Shown piece after piece: positions 25,813-35,223 of a stretch of 64,000 bases of DNA. Source of the stretch: Candidatus Sysuiplasma superficiale (lineage in GTDB: Archaea > Thermoplasmatota > Thermoplasmata > Sysuiplasmatales > Sysuiplasmataceae). Position numbers and translations under genes: made by a program. The notes beneath the pieces are model-generated. The model was not told where the DNA came from, made no database searches, and worked only from the letters and a program-made list of their open reading frames with translations. The stretch spans positions 11,719-75,718 of the forward strand of contig JAGVSJ010000005.1 of assembly GCA_019720975.1 (NCBI GenBank), read 5' to 3'. Numbering within the stretch: the first letter of the stretch is position 1; each line of letters starts with the position of its first letter.

Positions 25813-26787
25813 TCACGTCTTCTTGCTGTAATCAAAGAATCCCCTTCCCGTTTTCCTTCCGAGCCTCCCTGCGTCAACCATCCTTCTCAGCAGTGGAGAA
25901 GGCCTGTACTTGGAGTCTGCGAATTCCTCATAGAGCACGCGTGCGACATTGTATGAAATGTCAATACCGACCATATCTGCAAGTTCAAGCGGTCCCATCG
26001 GAAGTCCTGCACCGCTCTTCATGGCGGTGTCTATATCCCCTGCAGAGGCTATCCCCTCTTCAAGCAGGAAACAAGCCTCGTTCAGCATGGGAACAAGAAG
26101 CCTGTTGACAAGGAAGCCCGGCGATTCCTTCACCCTGACAGGCACCATTGAAGTCCTGTGATTCCTCATGGTCAGGAGAAAACCGATCACATCGGAAACA
26201 ACCTGTTCCGAAGTCTCCATGCCGGGTATAACCTCGACGAGCGGAAGTGTGTAAGGAGGATTGAAAAAATGCATCCCGATCACTCTTTCCCTTCTTGTGA
26301 CGGAGGCGGCAATTGCTGTTATCGATATGGAGGAAGTATTGGAGGCAAGTATTGCGCCCTCTCCAACCGTCCTTTCAAGTTCGCGGAATATTCCTTTCTT
26401 GACATCAAGCGACTCAAATGCAGCCTCTATGACGATCTCGGCGTCTCCAAGATCGTCGTATGATGTTGTGCCATGTATCCTTGACATTATCTCCGACTTC
26501 TCCCTTTCGCCGTACATGGGTCTGAGAGCTTGCATGACAGTATCCTTCTGTTCCTGCGTGAGCCTCACGCCCAGTTCTTCTATTTTCCTGATCTGGTCTG
26601 CTGCCCTCTTTGAATGGTAAGCAACGAGACCGGAAAGTATTCTGTCGACGTTCTGAATGCCCCTCCGGACCAATGTGTCGCTGACATCCTTCAGCGCGAC
26701 CTCAAAGCCGTTGAATGCGAACAGATCGGCTATCGCAGAGCCCATGGTTCCTGCACCTATTATTCCCGCCTTCCTTACCTTCAGCAT
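25813..26787 (-). CDS. 3-hydroxyacyl-CoA (3-hydroxybutyryl-CoA) dehydrogenase
   Basis: 324 aa. Rossmann AGIIGAGTMGSAIA and SNTSSISIT. The C-terminal domain is PMGPLELADMVGID. Confidence 0.9.
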   Translation of the reverse strand: MLKVRKAGIIGAGTMGSAIADLFAFNGFEVALKDVSDTLVRRGIQNVDRILSGLVAYHSKRAADQIRKIEELGVRLTQEQKDTVMQALRPMYGEREKSEIMSRIHGTTSYDDLGDAEIVIEAAFESLDVKKGIFRELERTVGEGAILASNTSSISITAIAASVTRRERVIGMHFFNPPYTLPLVEVIPGMETSEQVVSDVIGFLLTMRNHRTSMVPVRVKESPGFLVNRLLVPMLNEACFLLEEGIASAGDIDTAMKSGAGLPMGPLELADMVGIDISYNVARVLYEEFADSKYRPSPLLRRMVDAGRLGRKTGRGFFDYSKKT

Positions 26788-26885
26788 TTACTCTCCCTCT
26801 GGCAGAAAGGACACACCGGAGATAAATAATAACTTGCAGCATTCTGGTCACCGTGAGCCGTGGCACACAACAGTGCAACTTTCCG

Positions 26886-27263
26886 TCACAGTTTCTCAAA
26901 CGCAATGCCCTTGCCCTTCAAGCCCGCAAACCTCACCCTCATCCCGGTTGATATTTCGGCGGGTGTGGATATGCCCTTCATCCAGCCGGAAGCTGTGCAG
27001 CCGTCGTCGAGATCGACCACAACATAAGCATACGGGGCGCTGTCGGCGAACATCTCTGACGGAACATTGAGTATGGTGAAGGATCTCACACTTCCCGTAT
27101 GAGAGCACTGGGAATCCTCCAGCCTTGCGGAGCCGCACCTGGGGCAGGCAAGTGCAAAAGTGGTGCCCCTGTGGCCGCAATCCATGCAGCGGTATCCCTT
27201 CAGTTCCCCCCGCTCTGCGCTTTCGAAAAAATCAGCGATGGAATGCAAACAATCACCTAACAC
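26886..27263 (-). CDS. DUF35 zinc-ribbon/OB-fold protein (thiolase partner)
   Basis: 125 aa. CMDCGH..CPRCGS ribbon followed by an OB fold (YAYVVVDLDDG). It overlaps the thiolase stop by 11 nt. Confidence 0.85.
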   Translation of the reverse strand: MLGDCLHSIADFFESAERGELKGYRCMDCGHRGTTFALACPRCGSARLEDSQCSHTGSVRSFTILNVPSEMFADSAPYAYVVVDLDDGCTASGWMKGISTPAEISTGMRVRFAGLKGKGIAFEKL

Positions 27264-28422
27264 GCCTCAATATATGCACTGAGCACGAGCCACCTGTGGC
27301 TCCCACATTGTGGGCAATCCCGATCTCTGCGTTGCCGACCTGCCTTCCACCTGCCGTTCCGGTGAGCTGTTCATACAGCTCATGTATCTGAGCGACACCG
27401 GTGGCGCTGACCGGGTGCCCCTTTGCTTTCAGCCCGCCGGACGGGTTGACTGCAACCCTTCCTCCGATTGCTGTCTCTCCTTCGATTGCCGCTCTCCCTC
27501 CTTCACCTTTCGGGAAAAGTCCAATATCCTCTGTAGCAATTATCTCTGCAATAGTGAAGCAGTCGTGGACTTCGGCGACGTCGATATCACCTGGGTCAAT
27601 GTGAGATCTGGAAAAAGCCCTTCTCGCTGCAGCAACCGCGCCGTCAATGCTGGTAATGTCAGCCCTGTCCTGGAGCGTGGCGACACTTCCTCCACGCTCG
27701 CTGGCAGCAATCTCCACTAACTCCTGTTTCAGTGCTCTGGCCTTCTCCTCCGAGGCGATGACTACAGCAGCAGAGCCGTCTGAGAACGGGCAGCAGTCAT
27801 AGAGATGGAATGGATAGGCAATGACCGGGGACTCCATATAATCGGAAATGGATATCCTCTTCCGGAAGTGGGCGAGCGGATTGTGCATGGCATTCGCATG
27901 GTTCTTGATTGCCACACTCGCCAGCATCTCCTGCGTCGTTCCATATCTCTTCATGTGAGCAACAGCTATGTTTGCGTAAAGACCGGGAAATGTGACGCCG
28001 CTCATTGCCTCGAACGGAAAGTCCGAGCCCATTGCAAAATATGTTGTTGCCGAAAGTGTGCCAAGATGGCTGAGCTTTTCAGAGCCCGCGACCAGGCAGA
28101 TATCGTCAAGACCGCTGGCGACATGAACGAATGCCTCATGAAGTGCTGCGGAGGAACTTGAACATGCGCTTTCCACACTCACGGAGGGGACTCCGGGTAT
28201 GCCAAGTGCGCTGTTTATGAGCGGACCGACATGCGCCTGTCTTTCAGTCAGGCCGAATGCATTGGAGTAGAATGTGGAATCAATCTCAGACGCTTCAACT
28301 CCGGCATCCCTGATTGCATCAAAGCACACCTTTGTAAGCGATTCCCTTCCGCTCTCGGCGATCTTTCCAAACCTTGACATGGAACTGCCTATAACGAATA
28401 CACTCCTCATACGGCCAGTCAC
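27253..28422 (-). CDS. Thiolase (acetyl-CoA C-acetyltransferase, archaeal SCP-x-like type)
   Basis: 389 aa. Active-site Cys context VESACSSSSAAL. C-terminal blocks EVHDCFT and NPSGGLKAKGHPVSATG. Confidence 0.9.
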   Translation of the reverse strand: MTGRMRSVFVIGSSMSRFGKIAESGRESLTKVCFDAIRDAGVEASEIDSTFYSNAFGLTERQAHVGPLINSALGIPGVPSVSVESACSSSSAALHEAFVHVASGLDDICLVAGSEKLSHLGTLSATTYFAMGSDFPFEAMSGVTFPGLYANIAVAHMKRYGTTQEMLASVAIKNHANAMHNPLAHFRKRISISDYMESPVIAYPFHLYDCCPFSDGSAAVVIASEEKARALKQELVEIAASERGGSVATLQDRADITSIDGAVAAARRAFSRSHIDPGDIDVAEVHDCFTIAEIIATEDIGLFPKGEGGRAAIEGETAIGGRVAVNPSGGLKAKGHPVSATGVAQIHELYEQLTGTAGGRQVGNAEIGIAHNVGATGGSCSVHILRRVR

Positions 28423-28512
28423 TTCTGGATAACATCAGTGCAAAACAGTGATATATAGTGATGGAGACCGGCGCATTCCGCTGATGGCCCGTCAGGAAGG
28501 GGTTCGCTGCGC

Positions 28513-28541
28513 CTGCCGAAAGGCACAGGTGCCTCCGGCAG
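28513..28541. promoter_or_regulatory. 29-nt imperfect palindrome in the thiolase/ogg divergent promoter region
   Basis: CTGCCGaaaGGCACagGTGCCtcCGGCAG: 11 of 11 arm positions pair, apart from the asymmetric spacers. It lies about 45 nt upstream of ogg ATG 28584. Confidence 0.35.
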
Positions 28542-28583
28542 CCGGGATGTATTTTATTAGAAGGCTCCATTACACAAGCCAAC

Positions 28584-29543
28584 ATGAGGAGATATACCGG
28601 GCATCATACCGGGCGGGAGCCGGCAGAAGAACACAAGGGTGCGGAAATTTCGGTTGCCGTCTCCCAGCCGTTTGACCTCAGGCTCAGCGTTGAATGCGGG
28701 CAGGCATTCAGATGGAACAGGATTGGAGAGAACTACTACTGCGTGCTGGGGAGAAGAATACTGAAGATCAGACAGCATGGCAGGACGCTCAAGGCTTCTC
28801 TCTCGCCCGATACAGGTTTCTTCGGTGTCCTTGGACTTATCGGCGACGTCTTCAGGTTTGATGACGATATCGACTCAATAATACATGAAATATCGGTCGA
28901 CAAAATCATAGCAGAGGCTGTCATGCGATATCGCGGTCTGAGAATCATAAGGCAGGATCCATGGGAGTGTCTTGTATCCTACCTCTGTTCAATCAACTCA
29001 AACATACCGAGAATAAGGAAGGATGTAGAAAGGCTCTCCGATGCTTTCGGGGAGGAGATCACATTCGACGGCCTGAAATTCAGTACTTTTCCAACAGTCA
29101 GTTCACTCGCTGAGGCGAGCGAGACGGAACTCAGGAAGCTGAGGCTCGGGTTCAGGGCGAAATACATTTCAAGTGCCGCCAGAAGGATAAGGGATGAGGG
29201 TGTGGATCTGCTTTCACTGAGAAGGATGGGGTATGAGGAAGCTTTCAACCTGCTCACAGAATTCGACGGCGTTGGTCCCAAGGTCGCTGATTGCGTCCTC
29301 CTCTTTTCACTTGACAAACTTGAGGCCTTTCCTGTTGACAGATGGGTGAAAAGGGCAGTGGAGATCCTTTATTTCGACGGAAGGGAGATGCCTGCGTCAA
29401 AGGTGAGGGAGTGGGCCTCCGAACATTTCGGTGCATATGCAGGTTATGCACAGGAATATCTGTTCTATGGTTCCAGGCTCAGGGAAATAGTTGCCTCTGC
29501 ACCCGGTTCACGCCCCGAAACGCCTCTGCCTGAGCTGGTATGA
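28584..29543 (+). CDS. ogg: 8-oxoguanine DNA glycosylase/AP lyase (OGG1 type, HhH-GPD)
   Basis: 319 aa. OGG N-domain block SVECGQAFRW. HhH-GPD with catalytic Lys/Asp context FDGVGPKVADCVLLFSLDKLEAFPVDRW. Confidence 0.85.
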   Translation: MRRYTGHHTGREPAEEHKGAEISVAVSQPFDLRLSVECGQAFRWNRIGENYYCVLGRRILKIRQHGRTLKASLSPDTGFFGVLGLIGDVFRFDDDIDSIIHEISVDKIIAEAVMRYRGLRIIRQDPWECLVSYLCSINSNIPRIRKDVERLSDAFGEEITFDGLKFSTFPTVSSLAEASETELRKLRLGFRAKYISSAARRIRDEGVDLLSLRRMGYEEAFNLLTEFDGVGPKVADCVLLFSLDKLEAFPVDRWVKRAVEILYFDGREMPASKVREWASEHFGAYAGYAQEYLFYGSRLREIVASAPGSRPETPLPELV

Positions 29544-30326
29544 ACGTATCGCTCTGAGGAAGTCCACCAGAGTGAATGTCGGCCAGTAAACATCGCTGAA
29601 ATACAGCTCGCTGTAGGCAGCCTGCCATAGAAGGAAGTTTGATATCCTTTCCTCACCGGAAGTCCTGAGGACAAGATCCGGATCTGGGATACCGTCTGTG
29701 TAGAGAAATTTGGATATCATGTTCTCATCTATCTCATCCACACTTATTTCTCCGGCAGTTGCCTTGCGCGCTATCTTCCTGATTGCGCTGAGTATCTCCT
29801 GCCTGCTTCCATATGCAACGGCTATGTTGTAGGTGTAGTCTGTGTAATCCCTTGTCCGTTCCTCCGCGTAGCGGATTGCCTTCTGAACCGCATCGGGAAG
29901 AAGTTCTGTCTGCCCTATTGCCCTTATCCTTATCCTGTGGCGGTGTACCCTCTCATCGTCTCCCACCTTCCTGAAGTTCTCCTCGAACATTTTCATGAGA
30001 GAGTCCACCTCCTCGCTCTTCCTCTTCATGTTCTCAGTGGAGAACGCATAAACGGTCAATACCCTTATGTCGAGAAGAAGGCACCAGTCAAGCATTTCCT
30101 CAAGCTTGTCCTTTCCTCTTTTGTGCCCTTCATTCAGCAGCAGTTCCATTTCTGCTGCATATCTCCTGTTTCCGTCCATAATAACGGCAACATGCCTCGG
30201 TACAGGATACTTCTTCACTTCCATCAGGAGCCTTTTCTCATAGGCATTGTAGGCCGTATCGGCTATTGCCTTTGCGATACCTGCAGCTGTTGAAATGCCA
30301 TCCTTCCTGCCACGGCTCTGCGTCAT
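29508..30326 (-). CDS. uppS: cis-prenyltransferase (undecaprenyl/di-trans,poly-cis polyprenyl diphosphate synthase)
   Basis: 272 aa. Blocks PRHVAVIMDGNRRYA, YAFSTEN and RTSGEERISNFLLWQ. Confidence 0.93.
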   Translation of the reverse strand: MTQSRGRKDGISTAAGIAKAIADTAYNAYEKRLLMEVKKYPVPRHVAVIMDGNRRYAAEMELLLNEGHKRGKDKLEEMLDWCLLLDIRVLTVYAFSTENMKRKSEEVDSLMKMFEENFRKVGDDERVHRHRIRIRAIGQTELLPDAVQKAIRYAEERTRDYTDYTYNIAVAYGSRQEILSAIRKIARKATAGEISVDEIDENMISKFLYTDGIPDPDLVLRTSGEERISNFLLWQAAYSELYFSDVYWPTFTLVDFLRAIRSYQLRQRRFGA

Positions 30327-30337
30327 CAGAAATCCTT

Positions 30338-31027
30338 TCAGATGTCTATTGTTTCCCCTACCTTCATAATCTTTACCCTGATCTTCCCGGATCCAGCCTT
30401 TCTGACCTGCTCTTCGAACAGCTCCGGATTCTGCTCTATGGCGGGAAATGTGCTGTAATGCATAGGTATCACAACCTCAGGCTGTATCACCGATGCGGCG
30501 TAAGCCGCCTCCCTTATACCCATGGTGAAGCGGTCGCCGATCGGCAGCATAGCGACCTTCGGCCTGTAGAATTCACCAATCCATTTCATGTCGCCGAAAT
30601 ACCCTGTGTCTCCCGCATGGTAGACGGTAACGCCGCTATCCACCACAAAGCCCGCAGGCGAACCGCCTGTCTGCATTGTCTCCCCCTCGAATACATCGGA
30701 TGAATGAAGAGCATTGACCATTGTAATGTCGGTGTCGAGAATGCGGACGCTTCCTCCGATGTTCATCTGTTCCACCTTTGCCCCGCTGGAATCGAATCTC
30801 GATGCAAGCTCAAATATCGATGCCACAGGTGCCTTGTTCCTTTTGGCTATGTCGACGCAGTCCCCCACGTGGTCTCCATGTCCGTGCGATACGCATATCA
30901 TGTCCGTCTTTACCTCTGATGCCTTGATCTTTGCAACAGGATTCCCTGAAATGAAAGGATCGAAGAGTATCCTGTTCTTCCCCTCAAGCATGAAGGCTGA
31001 ATGCCCTATCCAGGTCAGTTTTGCCAT
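30338..31027 (-). CDS. UPF0173-family metal-dependent hydrolase (MBL fold)
   Basis: 229 aa. Blocks MAKLTWIGHSAFMLEG, ILFDPFISGNP and CVSHGHGDHVGD. Confidence 0.85.
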   Translation of the reverse strand: MAKLTWIGHSAFMLEGKNRILFDPFISGNPVAKIKASEVKTDMICVSHGHGDHVGDCVDIAKRNKAPVASIFELASRFDSSGAKVEQMNIGGSVRILDTDITMVNALHSSDVFEGETMQTGGSPAGFVVDSGVTVYHAGDTGYFGDMKWIGEFYRPKVAMLPIGDRFTMGIREAAYAASVIQPEVVIPMHYSTFPAIEQNPELFEEQVRKAGSGKIRVKIMKVGETIDI

Positions 31028-31212
31028 ACTACCACCATCTCCTGAAATGGTAATGACATATCGATATTAAAGTTTGGAGAAGTGCGGCGATGCGGTCATC
31101 CGAACATGCATTTATGCAGCCTCAAGCGAAGCAGGACGTTGAAAATGCTGTACTTTCCTGTGTAATCTTTAAAATGGTGAACGGTTTCAGACACACAACA
31201 CATGGTGTGCAG

Positions 31213-32415
31213 ATGAATTTCAGGTGCCTGGACTGCGGATCCACATTTGGCAGGCTCAGAGCCGATTTGCAGTGTGATGCATGCGGCGGCCTGCTTGAAT
31301 GGGTTATGGAAAGGGAGGTTACTGTCAGCAGCCTGCTTCCACCGCCCCAGGACTTCAATCTGTGGAGGTATTCCGCACTCCTGCCTCCCACGGAGGATGA
31401 AAAGATCATTTCCCTGTCTGAGGGCGGGACGCCGCTTCACTACGCAGAGAACCTTGCAAGGAGCATCGGCATAGATGAACTCTTCATCAAGAACGAAGGT
31501 AAAAATCCGACCGGTTCATTCAAAGACAGAGGCATGAGCGTTGCAGTAACAATGGCAAGGGCTTCCGGTGCGAGGGTCATCATCTGTGCCTCGACAGGCA
31601 ACACGGCGTCCTCCATGGCTGCCTACGGCGCGAAGGCGGGGCTGAAAACGGTTGTCGTGATACCCAGAGGAAAGATAGCAAAGACAAAACTGGCGCAATG
31701 CGCCGAATATGGTGCCAGGATCGTGGAGGTTGAAGGCAACTTCGATGTCGCACTTGACTTTGTACGGCGGAATTCGGGGACCGATGGTACAGTTGTCATG
31801 AACTCCGTGAATCCCTTCAGGATCGAAGGACAGAAGACTGCTGCCTTTGAGATCTGCGATCAGCTTTCATCAGCACCCGACTGGCTTGTGATACCTGTCG
31901 GCAACGGTGGAAACATAAGTTCCTACTGGAAAGGTTTCAGCGAGTTCATGTCAATAGGCGCAATATCATCCCTCCCCCGGATTGCGGCCGTGCAGGCGGC
32001 CGGTGCCTCGCCGATCGTTGACGCGTTCAAGGGCAATTCAGAAACAGTGAAGTTTTATGATGAACCTGAAACAGTTGCCTCAGCAATCAGGATCGGCAGG
32101 CCTGCAAACTGGAAGAGGGCCCTCTCAGCCGTTAGGGAATCGCATGGTGTTGCCGTTGCAGTGACCGACAGAGAGATCATCGAGGCGAGGAAATCGCTTG
32201 CAGACAGGGAAGGCATACTGGCAGAACTTGCAAGCGCATCCACTGTTGCGGCCGTGAAGAGGCTTGCATCAGAAAATATAATAGGGAAAGGCCAGACTGT
32301 TGTGTGTGTTGCGACCGGCAACGGCCTGAAGGATGTTGCAGAGCATACAGAGACCATAGAAACAGACACGATAAGCAGCTCCCGTGAACTGGGAAGAATT
32401 CTCACATCCATTTGA
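31213..32415 (+). CDS. thrC: Threonine synthase
   Basis: Start set at ATG 31213 (MNFRCLDCGS.., an N-terminal zinc ribbon as in archaeal ThrC). PLP lysine block NPTGSFKDRG. The 41 aa upstream in the track ORF look non-coding. Confidence 0.9.
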   Translation: MNFRCLDCGSTFGRLRADLQCDACGGLLEWVMEREVTVSSLLPPPQDFNLWRYSALLPPTEDEKIISLSEGGTPLHYAENLARSIGIDELFIKNEGKNPTGSFKDRGMSVAVTMARASGARVIICASTGNTASSMAAYGAKAGLKTVVVIPRGKIAKTKLAQCAEYGARIVEVEGNFDVALDFVRRNSGTDGTVVMNSVNPFRIEGQKTAAFEICDQLSSAPDWLVIPVGNGGNISSYWKGFSEFMSIGAISSLPRIAAVQAAGASPIVDAFKGNSETVKFYDEPETVASAIRIGRPANWKRALSAVRESHGVAVAVTDREIIEARKSLADREGILAELASASTVAAVKRLASENIIGKGQTVVCVATGNGLKDVAEHTETIETDTISSSRELGRILTSI

Positions 32416-32434
32416 ACAGAGGAAGTGTTTTGAT

Positions 32435-33445
32435 TTGAGAGCTGTTTTACTGGGACTCGGTGCCGTTGGCCTTTCGCTTCTGACCCTGCTTGAAAGAACT
32501 GATTCTCCGTGCGTTCCGGGACTGAATATTGATATCGCGGGGGTGGCGGATTCATCCGGCTACCTTGTCGGGAAACAGGTGATTGGAGTGCACGATTTAG
32601 TCAAGGCGAAAAGGGAATCTTCGCTCTCCTTCCTCCCCGGATTCATAGAAGGAGGCAGGGCAAGGGAACTGATTGAGACAGCTGAAGCTGATGTTGTCGT
32701 GGACTGCCTCCCAACTGATTACTCGGACTGTTCGGAATCCAGGGAATGCATGTTCACTTCCCTCAAAGCGGGGAGACATTATGTGACAGCCTCAAAGGCT
32801 GTTATGGCGCTGCATATGAAAGAGGCGCTTGAAAAGGCAGAAGGAAATGGTGTCCTGCTGAAGTTCGGTGCGACGGTAGGGGGCGGGACTCCATTCATAG
32901 ACTTCGGAAGCAGATGTATCTGTCCTGGAACTGTAACATCGCTGAGGGGTGTTCTCAACGGAACATCCAACTACATACTTACCAGAATGGCGGAGGGCCT
33001 TACCATGCAGGAGGCACTTTCAGAAGCAAGGCAAAGAGGCATCGCCGAAGCAGATCCCTCCAACGACCTGAGCGGAAGGGATTCCGCAGCAAAGATCGTC
33101 ATACTTGCAAACTGGCTGTGCGGGACATCACTCACTCTGCACCAGGTCAGAACCAGAGGCATAGAAACACTATCCTCCGGGGAAATATCTGAAGCAGGAA
33201 GGAGAGGCAAGGTCATCAAGCTGATCGCCTCATACAGATCGGTCGCAACCGTGTCACCCGAGGAGATAGACATCAATGACAGGATCAATGTAAGCGGATC
33301 GCTGAATGCGCTTTCCTATTTTACCGGAAGCGGAGATTCATTCACGCTTTCAGGGGAAGGGGCAGGCGGGGAGAGTACTGCCAGGGCAGTACTGCGTGAT
33401 TTGGCAGCAGTACATCTGGAGGCGGGTCCGCGCAGGACACACTGA
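32435..33445 (+). CDS. hom: Homoserine dehydrogenase
   Basis: Likely TTG start at 32435 (GAGGAAGTG about 8 nt upstream), giving LRAVLLGLGAVG (GxGxxG). Block NGTSNYILTRM..AEADPSNDLSGRDSAAKIVILAN. The track ORF start at 32384 would overlap thrC. Confidence 0.85.
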   Translation: MRAVLLGLGAVGLSLLTLLERTDSPCVPGLNIDIAGVADSSGYLVGKQVIGVHDLVKAKRESSLSFLPGFIEGGRARELIETAEADVVVDCLPTDYSDCSESRECMFTSLKAGRHYVTASKAVMALHMKEALEKAEGNGVLLKFGATVGGGTPFIDFGSRCICPGTVTSLRGVLNGTSNYILTRMAEGLTMQEALSEARQRGIAEADPSNDLSGRDSAAKIVILANWLCGTSLTLHQVRTRGIETLSSGEISEAGRRGKVIKLIASYRSVATVSPEEIDINDRINVSGSLNALSYFTGSGDSFTLSGEGAGGESTARAVLRDLAAVHLEAGPRRTH

Positions 33446-33512
33446 CATGTTGCGATTTGTGACCGCTCATTCCTGAAACATATCCAATACGGAATCTGCC
33501 GCTGAGCGCTGT

Positions 33513-33992
33513 TCAGTTTTGCTGCGACTGCACGACATACTGAGGGGGCTGTCTCCTGTTTCTTTCAGAATCTCTTATCTTGACATATGCCACGATGAGC
33601 AGTATTCCCGTTATTATCCCGCCGAAAAGAAGCTGAAGTATGCCAAGGACAAGAGACGGCGTTTCGGCCTCCTCAACCTTCTCTTCAACAAGTTTCTTGT
33701 AGACGAGAAAGTAGTCGAGCAGTATCCATACCAGCCCTATCAGAAAAATCACGCTGAAAAATGCTGAAAAGAGGAAGGTCGGAGGAGGTCCCACAACCGT
33801 TGCGCCCGTCGGCGAGGTTGTTGTCACGGATGCTGTTACCGCAAGGAAAAAGATGGCCGAAATAAGGCCAATCGCGAAAAATATGCTCTGAATTATCAGT
33901 GCAACAAGCGTGAGGGTTTTGGCTGTGCTCGCATCGCTGTCAAGCATAGATGAAATGAATGGCAGGGAATATTTAAAACTACGTACTTTCAT
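33513..33992 (-). CDS. Hypothetical membrane protein (4 TM)
   Basis: Start set at ATG 33992 (MKVRSFKYS..). The hydrophobic helices are separated by a T/S/G/P-rich loop, and the tail is basic. The upstream 94 aa of the track ORF look non-coding. Confidence 0.55.
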   Translation of the reverse strand: MKVRSFKYSLPFISSMLDSDASTAKTLTLVALIIQSIFFAIGLISAIFFLAVTASVTTTSPTGATVVGPPPTFLFSAFFSVIFLIGLVWILLDYFLVYKKLVEEKVEEAETPSLVLGILQLLFGGIITGILLIVAYVKIRDSERNRRQPPQYVVQSQQN

Positions 33993-34317
33993 CCGAATGA
34001 CTGCCGGAAGAATAGAAATATCCTGGCAGAACAACAGAATACCAGCGTGTGCCAATGTGCTGCAGTGTTTTGTGAAGACCAGTCGATTGCCGGGCGACGC
34101 AAATCCATACCTGAGCTTGAAAGGACGCAGAGGCGGAAGGGGGTCACGGACACACAACAGGTGCTTCTGCCTGCATACTTCGCCACAGCGTATTGCGGCG
34201 GCAGAAATGGGCATGTATTTTCTGAAACGTGTGTGCCTGGGATGAGGGAATGGAGATTGCCTCAGGCCATGCATTCACAATAAATAATGTGACGTCAATA
34301 CATGTGCAGGAAACAGG

Positions 34318-35223
34318 ATGAAGACTGAAATAAGAGGGTCTGTTGTTCCGCTGATCACGCCGTTCAGGGATGATTTGTCTATTGATTTCGAATGCCTGGC
34401 CAGGCTCATCGACTGGCATGTCAGGGAGGGGACTCACTGCATATCCGTTGCCGGGACAACAGGCGAACCCTCCTCGCTCTCAATTGAAGAAAGAGAAAAG
34501 TTGTTTGAAAAAGCAATCGAATGTGTTGACGGCAGAGTACCGTTCGTTGCCGGAACAGGCACCAACAACCTGGAGGACACTCTTCGTCTCACCAGGAAGG
34601 CTGAAGGGCTTGGAGCTGACGCTGCACTGGTGATTGCACCATATTACGTGAAGCCATCACAGGAAGGACTTTTCAGGTATTTTTCGAAGATAGCCTCCTC
34701 TGTCTCAATCCGCATCATACTGTATAACATACCGGGAAGAGCCGCGGTGAATATCGAGCCGGAGACCGTCGGGAGGCTTGCAGAAGAGTATGGAAACGTA
34801 TACGGAATAAAGGAGTCCATCAGAGACCTCGACCATGTGACAGCAGTGCTCTCACTCTGCGGCAGGGATTTCAAGGTGTATTCTGGAATAGAGTCTCTCT
34901 GTTTCCCGATGCTCGCTATAGGAGGTGCAGGGCATTTCAGTGCCACAGCCAACATCCTTCCCAGAGAGGTTGCCGGCATCTACGATCTCACTGTGGCCGG
35001 AAGATGGGGTGAGGCAGCTGACATGCATTTCAGGCTCTTTCCTTTCAATGATGCTGTTTTCTGGGAAACCAACCCCGTGCCGATAAAGGCAGCCATGTCA
35101 ATAATGGGCCTTTCCGGGGCTTCTGTGAGGCCCCCTCTTTCCTCACTTTCGGATGAAAATATGCAGAGGATGAGGAAACTCCTGTCCGAACATCTTCCGG
35201 CAAGCACGGGTGCGGGGAAATGA
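34318..35223 (+). CDS. DapA-family class I aldolase/synthase (4-hydroxy-tetrahydrodipicolinate synthase-like)
   Basis: 301 aa. Blocks GTTGEPSSL, APYYVKP, YNIPGRAAV (Tyr and Arg retained) and Schiff-base Lys in YGIKES. The stop overlaps the next ATG. Confidence 0.8.
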   Translation: MKTEIRGSVVPLITPFRDDLSIDFECLARLIDWHVREGTHCISVAGTTGEPSSLSIEEREKLFEKAIECVDGRVPFVAGTGTNNLEDTLRLTRKAEGLGADAALVIAPYYVKPSQEGLFRYFSKIASSVSIRIILYNIPGRAAVNIEPETVGRLAEEYGNVYGIKESIRDLDHVTAVLSLCGRDFKVYSGIESLCFPMLAIGGAGHFSATANILPREVAGIYDLTVAGRWGEAADMHFRLFPFNDAVFWETNPVPIKAAMSIMGLSGASVRPPLSSLSDENMQRMRKLLSEHLPASTGAGK

